A DNA stretch of 41,914 bases from a bacterium (lineage in GTDB: Bacteria; Spirochaetota; Spirochaetia; Treponematales; Rectinemataceae): the NCBI GenBank assembly GCA_021782015.1, contig JAJXVS010000001.1, positions 1-41,914 of the forward strand. Reading direction: 5' to 3'. Positions 9,101 to 15,048 of this stretch are shown here, one piece after another. The position numbers and the translations under genes are program-made. The notes under the pieces were generated by a model. The model did no database searches, had not been told where the DNA came from, and was given only the letters and a program-made list of their open reading frames with translations. Each line of letters opens with the position of its first letter. Within the stretch, counting starts at the first letter, position 1.

Positions 9101-10297
9101 TTCGTCAGCTCCGTCGATGAGGCAGGCAACAAGGGCGAGGGCTCGGTAAAGGGCATCAGGGTTGACGCCCGCATTCCGCAGGTCTTCGTCACCTCGTCGG
9201 CGCCCGGCCTCTCGCCCAACGGCGACGGCTTCATGGACGACATCACCTTCTCTTTCATCGTCAACATCAAGGACGGCATTTCGTCCTGGAAATTCTCCCT
9301 CGTCGACGCCACGGGTCAGGAGCAGGCCTCCTTCGGCGGCGACGGCAGCGATCTCCCGCCGCGCCTCGTCTGGGACGGGAAGACGAAATCAGGTGCCGTC
9401 ATCGATGGCAAGTATACGGGCCTCTTCGAAGTCTCCTACGACAAGGGCGATGTGGCCCGGGCCAAGACCGGCACCATAATCGTCGCCTCGACGCCGCCGG
9501 TGGTGAACTTCTCAATCTCGCCCGAATACTTCAGTCCCGACAGCTATGGAACCAACGACACCCTGACGATGACCATCGACGTCAAGGACGCAGTGGACAT
9601 CGCCACCTGGCAGCTCGATATCATCGAACAGTCGGTGGAGGAGGGCGGCGGCGCGGCAAAGCTGCGCACCTTCACCGGTTGGTCGGGCACGGGCATGCCG
9701 GCTCACACCATCACCTGGGACGGGAAGTCTTCGAATGGCGAGCTCGTGCAATCGGCCACGGATTATCCGGTCAACTTCAAGATCACGGACATCTTCGGCA
9801 ATACGACTGTCGTCAACGCAAGCATTACGGTCGACATCCTCGTTATCCGCGAGGGCGACAAGCTCAAGATCAAGGTGCCCTCGATCGTCTTCAGGGCGAA
9901 CGCGGCCGACTTCCAGGGTCTCGATCAGGCCATCCTCGACAACAACGCCAAGGTGGTCAAACGCATCGCCGACGCCCTCAACAAGTTCAAGGACTACCGC
10001 GTCTCCATCGAGGGCTTTGCGAACAGCATCGGCAAGATCTACGGCTATTCGGCCGCGAAGATCGCCGACGAGGAGACGAACGATGTCATTCCGCTTTCCA
10101 AGGCCCGAGCCGAGCTCGTGCGTCAATTGCTCGTGCAAGACGGGGTCGATCAGCGACGGCTCTCTGTCGTGGGCATGGGGTCGGCCGACCCGGTAGTGCC
10201 CTTTGTCGATGCCGCGAATCGCTGGAAGAACCGTCGCGTGGAGTTCATCTTGATCAAGAACACCCCGGCGGATACGACGAGCCCCTCAGGCGGTTGA
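6167..10297 (+). CDS. Giant envelope protein: N-terminal barrel-like region, 8 FlgD-Ig-like modules, C-terminal OmpA-like peptidoglycan-binding domain
   Basis: 1376 aa with a signal peptide. Residues ~25-330 are Gly/aromatic-rich with alternating beta-like patterns (GLDLGF, GLAFTGIG, FGGGLDL). Eight modules follow, carrying [FL]SP[ND]GDGxxD ... WDG..G..VPDG.Y ... D.AGN. The C-terminus (RVSIEGFANS ... NRRVEFILIK) is OmpA_C-like. Confidence 0.85.
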   Translation: MRLRSPLIALFLLGAALAPLSSYSPPDGGPMVPLLGSPASSGGGLSSQYVDAPWADRLNPAASGSQQRPVLDLGYGFLSDFASQGIGTAISLGTSLPQNYGVWGGGLEFVSTPSSMSQLPLGTFVNIRGGIAKEIYTGLDVGTGLSATLGSNGGFGWGLGLDLGFLQRLSSFAGLKDFRWGLAFTGIGKAYSTPLPSSSSGYPPAFTLSGGAKAVFFKAGDLSFGGGLDLAAPALQDFGFNLSGSLAYKESLVFRAGWGIPSLHSISSKYLLPSFGLVGTFPLSFKKDASFISKNGWESSDIRPAISALPLYGNIWQVGLGATVNLGVVDKIPPTISLDFPSSKWGPAYISPNADGKFDNLVMPIKIVDNRYIASYDLTITPAGSTTPVRTIANKENKPLSFSLATLWQRLTYVENGIPVPDKLVWNGFGDAGERVPDGTYDVRLSAADDNGNVATVGPWQVVVDTTPPAVTIKAPDSLIFSPDGDGNKDTITIGISGSKEDLWTLGIEDATGTTVRHIEIRDAAPSDFTWDGKNDGGTIVPDGVYSLILSSTDRAGNVGSGRLDNIIVNTQQPPINIAIDSAAFSPNGDGSKDTIGFLPSVPVRTGLVSWKLSVLDKNRAEIWSTGGSAASGLPLRYVWDGKTTAGTYIAEGNYQAELTVTYLNGYSPLSLSPYFVCDLTAPRASVSADLPAFNPEAVGGRDHVTFTQSATKDARWTGEISGANGKVVRTWTWNGRPDPKLVWDGTNDEGALVPDGAYSYKLSGIDVAGNSTSTAPALVSLDTVKKKARLSADLRAFSPNGDGVKDTVTLSDTVDPNENIKAWSLAVQAAAEGSATPVGAVLRSWSGAKALPDSFVWDGLNDDKTKAPDGRYVAILTVDWINGDHATAQTLPITLDTVAPSITVSAAPMVFAPNGRSSRPSTTIHQTSVPGDDWTGVIKDQDGNVVRTWNWQGQARDVVWGGTDESGNKVPDGLYDYFVSSVDEAGNKGEGSVKGIRVDARIPQVFVTSSAPGLSPNGDGFMDDITFSFIVNIKDGISSWKFSLVDATGQEQASFGGDGSDLPPRLVWDGKTKSGAVIDGKYTGLFEVSYDKGDVARAKTGTIIVASTPPVVNFSISPEYFSPDSYGTNDTLTMTIDVKDAVDIATWQLDIIEQSVEEGGGAAKLRTFTGWSGTGMPAHTITWDGKSSNGELVQSATDYPVNFKITDIFGNTTVVNASITVDILVIREGDKLKIKVPSIVFRANAADFQGLDQAILDNNAKVVKRIADALNKFKDYRVSIEGFANSIGKIYGYSAAKIADEETNDVIPLSKARAELVRQLLVQDGVDQRRLSVVGMGSADPVVPFVDAANRWKNRRVEFILIKNTPADTTSPSGG
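7163..9838 (+). repeat. Array of eight ~105-135-aa FlgD-Ig-like coding modules
   Basis: Module starts fall near aa 333, 468, 574, 682, 787, 899, 1002 and 1109. Each repeats the SPNGDG..D / WDG / VPDG.Y / D.AGN motif series. Divergence is at the protein level, so this is not a near-identical DNA repeat. Confidence 0.75.
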
Positions 10298-10305
10298 AGC
10301 CTGCG

Positions 10306-10340
10306 ACCGCCCGGGCAGGTTCCCGGGCGGTTTTATTTTT
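10306..10340 (+). terminator. Rho-independent terminator
   Basis: A perfect 10-bp stem (ACCGCCCGGG / CCCGGGCGGT) with a 6-nt loop is followed by TTTTATTTTT. It lies 9 nt after stop 10297, and the T tract overlaps the murB stop codon on the other strand. Confidence 0.8.
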
Positions 10341-11331
10341 CGCCGATGAAGAGGACCTCGGGAACGATGGAGACGCCGAGTCGTGTCAAGGCCTCTTCGC
10401 GGGCGAAATCGACGAGGGCGAGGATGTCGTGGGAACTCGCGCGACCGGCATTGACGAAAATATTCGCATGCCATGGAGAGACCATTGCGTCTCCGATTCG
10501 CCGCCCCTTGAGTCCCAGCTCGTCGAGGATGGCTCCCGTCGGCCTGCCGAGGCCCCGGTCGTTCTTGAACATGGAGCCCGCGGAGGGCAGGCGGAAATGG
10601 CCCTTCGCCTCGCGATCGGCGCGTCGCGCCAGCATGGTGGCCCGAAGGGCGGCCCGGTCGGCCGGCCCAAGAACAAAACGTGCCTCGAGGATGATGGATC
10701 CTTCCTCTTCCCGTCCCGGCTGTAAAGGGGAGGTCTTGTAGGTCCAGGCGGCGTGATCGAGGGGGAATGGACGGATGTCTCCCCTCCTGTCGAGGATGGT
10801 CAGCCCTTCAAGGCGATCGGCCATTTCCACCTCGTAGCAGCGGGCATTCATGAATGCCGAGCCGCCGAGACTCCCGGGCATGGCGTAGAAATTCTCGAGG
10901 CCGCCGAGGCCCCGGGCGAGGGCGAATTCGCACAGTCGCGACATCGAAACGCCGGCACCGGCTCGCAGTCTCGTCCGGCCGGCCCCCTGGCCAGCACCGC
11001 TCGCCTGACCCGCCTCGCTGGCAGGGCCTCCATCGCTGGCCGGGCCTGCATCGGCAGCCTCGATCGAGGCGAGGCTCCGCGTCTCGACGACGATGCCGCG
11101 GATTCCTCGGTCGCTCACCACCACATTGGCTCCGCCGCCCAGAATCGTCAGCGGAATTCCTTCGATCCTGGCGGATTTGACGAGCTTTTCGAGATCGTCG
11201 ACGGTTTTCGGGGCGATCAGGGCGTCGGCGGGACCTCCGATGCGGAAACTTGTGTGCCGGGCCATAGGCTCATCAAAGGCTATCGAAGCCCGAATATTGA
11301 TTTTCCGGAGAAATTCCAATAGTGTTGGCAT
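10333..11331 (-). CDS. murB: UDP-N-acetylenolpyruvoylglucosamine reductase
   Basis: The start is trimmed to Met28 (MPTLLEFL..). Motifs include HTSFRIGGPAD and the FAD-binding GGGANVVV, and the C-terminus is MurB-like (..KNDRGLGRPTGAILDELGLKG..). The protein carries a Gly/Ala/Ser/Pro insertion. Confidence 0.9.
   Translation of the reverse strand: MPTLLEFLRKINIRASIAFDEPMARHTSFRIGGPADALIAPKTVDDLEKLVKSARIEGIPLTILGGGANVVVSDRGIRGIVVETRSLASIEAADAGPASDGGPASEAGQASGAGQGAGRTRLRAGAGVSMSRLCEFALARGLGGLENFYAMPGSLGGSAFMNARCYEVEMADRLEGLTILDRRGDIRPFPLDHAAWTYKTSPLQPGREEEGSIILEARFVLGPADRAALRATMLARRADREAKGHFRLPSAGSMFKNDRGLGRPTGAILDELGLKGRRIGDAMVSPWHANIFVNAGRASSHDILALVDFAREEALTRLGVSIVPEVLFIGEK
10975..11046 (-). 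repeat. In-frame degenerate 18-bp tandem repeat x4 inside murB
   Basis: It encodes GPASDG/GPASEA/GQASGA/GQGAGR, read on the minus strand as ggcccggccagcgatgga ggccctgccagcgaggcg ggtcaggcgagcggtgct ggccagggggccggccgg. Confidence 0.6.
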
Positions 11332-11337
11332 GCGCCG

Positions 11338-11367
11338 ATGATAGCCGCGCGATTTGTCCAGAGGCAA
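11338..11367 (-). promoter_or_regulatory. Candidate sigma-70 promoter TTGCCT-N18-TATCAT, 6 nt before the murB ATG (leaderless layout)
   Basis: The minus strand reads TTGCCT ctggacaaatcgcgcggc TATCAT cggcgc ATG. No SD is present. Confidence 0.5.
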
Positions 11368-11495
11368 GCGAAGCCGGCCCAGAGGCGGCGCCTTGTCCGC
11401 GCGTGATTGCACCAGGTTCGGAACGAAAGGGTCCGGCCGGCGACACCCCGCTTTTCGGACCCGGAATTCGACCGGGCCAGCCTCCGGAGGAACCG

Positions 11496-13106
11496 ATGCG
11501 CAGTCTGCGCTTTTTCAACACCCTCGGCCGCGAACTGCAGGAGTTCCGGCCCCTCGTGCCGGGCAAGGCGGGGTTCTACGGCTGCGGTCCTACTGTTTAT
11601 AATTATGCCCATATCGGCAACCTGCGCGCCTATGTCGTCGACGACCTCATCTCCCGCACCCTGCGATGGTTCGGCTACGAAGTCAGCCATGTCATGAACA
11701 TTACCGACGTCGGCCATCTTTCGGGGGATGACGACAGTGGCGAGGACAAGATGCTCAGGTCGGCCCAGGAACGGGGCCAATCGGTCCTGGAAATCGCCCG
11801 ACTCTACACCGAGGCCTTTTTCCGCGATACGGAACGCCTCAACATCCTCAGGCCCGGTGTCGTGTGCAAGGCCACCGACCACGTGCCGGAGATGATCGCC
11901 CTCATCAAGCGCATCGAGGCCAATGGCTACACCTACTTCGCGGGCGGAAATCTCTACTTCGACGTGTCCCGATTCCCCTCCTACGGCGAACTCGCCAGGC
12001 TGCGCCTCGACGACCTTCAGGCGGGGGCCCGGGTCGAGATCGACGCCAACAAGCGAAATCCCGCGGATTTTGTCCTCTGGTTCACGAAATCGAAATTCGA
12101 GAATCAGGCCCTCGTCTGGGACAGCCCCTGGGGCCGCGGCTATCCGGGCTGGCACATCGAATGCTCGGCGATGAGCATGAAGTATCTCGGCGAGCAATTC
12201 GACATCCATGCCGGCGGCATCGACCACATTCCCATCCACCATACGAATGAAATAGCCCAATCCGAGGCCGCCACCGGCAAGAAATGGGTGAGCTATTGGC
12301 TTCACAACGAGTTCATCGTCATGAATTCGGGCAAGATGTCGAAGTCGAAAGGCGGCTTCCTCACCCTCCAAACCCTCGTCGACGCGGGCTACAACGCCCT
12401 CGATTACCGCTATTTTCTCCTTGGCGGCCACTATCGATCGCAATTGCAATTTTCGTATGAAGGACTCGATTCGGCGAGGGCGGCCCGCCGTTCGCTCAAC
12501 GAAAGGGTCCTCGCGTTGCGCGACCGGGCCGGCGAGGGTGGTGCGACGAGCCCCTCCGGCGCGGGTGGCGCGACAAGCCCCTCAGCTGTGGGTGGCATGA
12601 CGGGGGCAGGCGCCCCGGGGCCTGCCGCTTCCTCCGACCCCCATCCGACTCCCGGTAACCTTGAAAAGCTGATCGGCCATCTCTCGCCGGCCGCCGCGGC
12701 CCGTCTCAAAGCCTTTGCCGACGCAATGGCCGACGATCTTTCGACCCCCCGAGCCCTCGCCGAACTCTGGGGCATTCTTCGCGATTCCCTCGTCCTTCCG
12801 GCCGAAGCCCTCCAGACCGCCTTCGCCATGGACGAGGTGCTCGGACTCGGACTGGCCGATTTGAAGCGCGAGGAGGTCCCCTCGGTCGATCCCGGCCTGG
12901 CTGCGGAAATCGAGGGCCTGGTCGCCGAGCGGCACCTGGCGAAGAAGGCCAAGGACTGGGCGAGGGCCGACGCCATCCGCGATGAACTCAAGAATCGCGG
13001 CATCATCCTGGAGGACGGGCCTTCGGGCACCGTCTGGCGGCTCGAAGCCGCCGCCCTCGTCGCTCCGGCCGGCGCCCGCGCGAGCGGCACGCAGTCGCCG
13101 ACGTAA
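11496..13106 (+). CDS. cysS: Cysteine--tRNA ligase
   Basis: The start is trimmed to Met59 ([17 protein letters not shown]), with GGAGG 11486-11490 upstream. HIGN (HIGH-type) and KMSKS motifs are present, along with [16 protein letters not shown] ~50-aa low-complexity insertion precedes the anticodon-binding region. Confidence 0.93.
   Translation: MRSLRFFNTLGRELQEFRPLVPGKAGFYGCGPTVYNYAHIGNLRAYVVDDLISRTLRWFGYEVSHVMNITDVGHLSGDDDSGEDKMLRSAQERGQSVLEIARLYTEAFFRDTERLNILRPGVVCKATDHVPEMIALIKRIEANGYTYFAGGNLYFDVSRFPSYGELARLRLDDLQAGARVEIDANKRNPADFVLWFTKSKFENQALVWDSPWGRGYPGWHIECSAMSMKYLGEQFDIHAGGIDHIPIHHTNEIAQSEAATGKKWVSYWLHNEFIVMNSGKMSKSKGGFLTLQTLVDAGYNALDYRYFLLGGHYRSQLQFSYEGLDSARAARRSLNERVLALRDRAGEGGATSPSGAGGATSPSAVGGMTGAGAPGPAASSDPHPTPGNLEKLIGHLSPAAAARLKAFADAMADDLSTPRALAELWGILRDSLVLPAEALQTAFAMDEVLGLGLADLKREEVPSVDPGLAAEIEGLVAERHLAKKAKDWARADAIRDELKNRGIILEDGPSGTVWRLEAAALVAPAGARASGTQSPT
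12537..12614 (+). repeat. In-frame 27-bp tandem repeat (about 2.9 copies) inside cysS
   Basis: The copies are ggtggtgcgacgagcccctccggcgcg / ggtggcgcgacaagcccctcagctgtg / ggtggcatgacgggggcaggcgcc. They encode GGATSPSGA / GGATSPSAV / GGMTGAGA. Copies 1 and 2 share 21 of 27 nt. Confidence 0.7.
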
Positions 13107-13122
13107 CCAGGAGCCTGTCCCC

Positions 13123-13653
13123 GTGTTTACATCAGGAAGCCCTCCGGGCGAGAAGGAACTCCGCGAACTCTACGAGGCGACGGCATCTCTTCTCGTCAGG
13201 ATAGCATGGCGCATCGCGGGGACCGAGGAAGCGGCGGAAGACATAGTTCATGAGGCTTTCATTCGCCTCATCGAAAAAAAGATTCCTTTCCCCTCCCTCG
13301 ACGATGCGAAGTTCTGGTTGATTCGCGTCGTCAAGAACGGGGCCCTCAACCATGCGAAGCGCAAGGGACGCGAGGTTCGTGCCTACGAAAAGTGGTGGCA
13401 GGGCGAACGCGTCGCCTCGGATCCGGCGGATCGCGATCTCTTGAGGTCGGAGACCGAGGGAGAGGTGCGGGCCCTGCTCGAGCGGCTGCCGGAAAAGCTC
13501 AGGTCGGTCATCGTGCTGAAGGAGTATGGCGAGATGAGCTACCGGGAGATCGGAAAAGTCTTGGGAATCAGCGAAGGCAACGTCAAGGTGCGGGCCTTCA
13601 GGGCTCGCGAGGCCCTGCTTGCGATGCTGGAGGAAAATAAAGATGTGTCCTGA
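13123..13653 (+). CDS. ECF-type RNA polymerase sigma factor
   Basis: GTG 13123 lies 9 nt after AGGAG 13109-13113 and just after the cysS stop; the track ORF start at 12982 lies inside cysS. Region 2 (DIVHEAFIRL) and region 4 (SYREIGKVLGISEGNVKVRAFRAREAL) signatures are present. Confidence 0.85.
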   Translation: MFTSGSPPGEKELRELYEATASLLVRIAWRIAGTEEAAEDIVHEAFIRLIEKKIPFPSLDDAKFWLIRVVKNGALNHAKRKGREVRAYEKWWQGERVASDPADRDLLRSETEGEVRALLERLPEKLRSVIVLKEYGEMSYREIGKVLGISEGNVKVRAFRAREALLAMLEENKDVS

Positions 13654-14329
13654 CGCGGAACTACTCTCCTCCTGGGTCGACGACGAGGTTCCTTCTCCGT
13701 GGAAGGAACGAATCGCGTCGCATTTGGATACCTGCCAGGGCTGCGCCGAAAAGGTCGCAAGCTTCAGGCGCCTGTCGATGCGCCTGGGGGCTTCCGGCAG
13801 GTACGACGAAGCCGCGGTGGTTGCACGAGTGGCCTCCCGCCTCGGCATCGCGATGGCCTCCGCCCTGCCCAGCGAGACCCTCGCCCAAAAGTCGGACAGT
13901 CCTGGGCCACGCCGAGGGAAGCTCGCCTTGCCCCTTCCCCTTGCCGCGGCAGCGGCCGTCGCCTTTTTGCTGGTCGGTGGCATCACCGGACGGCTGTTCA
14001 TCGGCCCCGGCGCTGCGTCTCCGGGTGGGGCCGCCTCTTCCCTGGCCTCGGCCTCTGAATCCACCGCGAAGGGAGCGATTCCCGCCGGTCTTGTTTCCGG
14101 GGCTCCCGGGTCGGCAAACAACCTTTCAGGCTCTCCTACCATGGATTCGTTGGTGCGCTATCTCGAGGCGCAGAATGCGCCCGTCAGCATTACCATCCAG
14201 TTGCCCGCCAATGGTTCCTATGCCGGCGGCGGCGCGCCGATGATAGTAAAACAGCCTCCGGCCGAAGCCGTTTCCCTTCCTCCCTCCACGCAGGGCCTTG
14301 GTTTTGTGATGTCCGGTCCCGGAAAATAA
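13643..14329 (+). CDS. Anti-sigma factor, zf-HC2 type, single-pass membrane protein
   Basis: ATG 13643 overlaps the sigma stop (ATGTGTCCTGA). The N-terminus carries the H-x3-C-x2-C motif (HLDTCQGC). One TM helix is present (LALPLPLAAAAAVAFLLVGGI). Confidence 0.75.
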   Translation: MCPDAELLSSWVDDEVPSPWKERIASHLDTCQGCAEKVASFRRLSMRLGASGRYDEAAVVARVASRLGIAMASALPSETLAQKSDSPGPRRGKLALPLPLAAAAAVAFLLVGGITGRLFIGPGAASPGGAASSLASASESTAKGAIPAGLVSGAPGSANNLSGSPTMDSLVRYLEAQNAPVSITIQLPANGSYAGGGAPMIVKQPPAEAVSLPPSTQGLGFVMSGPGK

Positions 14330-14334
14330 GGCAC

Positions 14335-15048
14335 GTGATGCGCCATTTTGCCCGATTGGGGAGGCTGATAGCCGTCCTGGGTTGCGCGGCCGGCATCGGC
14401 CAGAGCCTCTTTGCCCAGGAAGATTTGCCTCCGGAATTTCTCAGGGCCCACGCTCTTGTCGTGCGATTCCTGGCGAGTTCCTTCGAATTGGGCGGGCAGG
14501 ATGCCGCCAAGGGTGGCCCGGGGGCCACCTCGCCGGTCTCTTCTGGCGGGTCTGCCGGAGCCGGCCTTGCCGCGCCAGGCTCTGCGGCCCAGGGCTTGGC
14601 TGCGCCCGGCTCGGCCCAATCGGCAGCCACGGCCCGACCCGCATCAGCCCAGGCGCCATCGGCGGCCAATCCCGCAATTCCTGTCTGGACTACGGTAGCC
14701 CGGCGCTATACGGTGACCGGCGCTCCGGTCGCGATCAGACTTTCGGGCGCGAATATTGTCATCGTCGTGCAGGTGACGCCCTACGATCGGGGCAAGGAAG
14801 GGCTTCAGGTGGTGGCCCAGGGGCAGGTTTGGTCGCGGGAGGCCGACGGGGCGATTTCCTACCACAGCGCCTTCGAGTCGCTCAATGTCGGCTTCGGAGA
14901 GCCGGTGTACTTCTTTCCCCTTGGCATCAAGAGCGATGGAACAGCCGCCCTCAAGGTGGAAATAGCCATCGATCATTTCGGCGACCTGCCATCCATACCT
15001 GATCCCCCCTCGCAAACGCAGTCGGCCACAGGGACCAAGGGGCGATGA
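14335..15048 (+). CDS. Secreted hypothetical protein (signal peptide, A/P/G/S linker, beta-rich C-terminal domain)
   Basis: GTG/ATG at 14335/14338, 5 nt after the anti-sigma stop. The signal peptide is MMRHFARLGRLIAVLGCAAGIGQSLFA. I recognise no family. Confidence 0.55.
   Translation: MMRHFARLGRLIAVLGCAAGIGQSLFAQEDLPPEFLRAHALVVRFLASSFELGGQDAAKGGPGATSPVSSGGSAGAGLAAPGSAAQGLAAPGSAQSAATARPASAQAPSAANPAIPVWTTVARRYTVTGAPVAIRLSGANIVIVVQVTPYDRGKEGLQVVAQGQVWSREADGAISYHSAFESLNVGFGEPVYFFPLGIKSDGTAALKVEIAIDHFGDLPSIPDPPSQTQSATGTKGR
14563..14619 (+). repeat. In-frame 30/27-bp tandem duplication
   Basis: The copies are ggccttgccgcgccaggctctgcggcccag / ggcttggctgcgcccggctcggcccaa. They encode GLAAPGSAAQ / GLAAPGSAQ. 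Confidence 0.55.

Noticed and set aside
2214-10331. The two convergent-gene hairpins (2214-2239 and 10306-10331) share the arm CCGCCCGG/CCGGGCGG. I considered them as a dispersed REP-like element.
   Set aside because: There are only two copies, with different loops and flanks. GC-rich terminator stems of this kind can arise independently. A genome-wide count is needed before calling a family.
11332-11495. The cysS upstream spacer, with a GGGTCCG..CGGACCC stem and a 22-codon uORF (11338-11406), considered as a T-box or attenuator.
   Set aside because: There is no T-box specifier or antiterminator pattern and no Cys codons in the uORF. The uORF ATG overlaps the -10 box of the divergent murB promoter.
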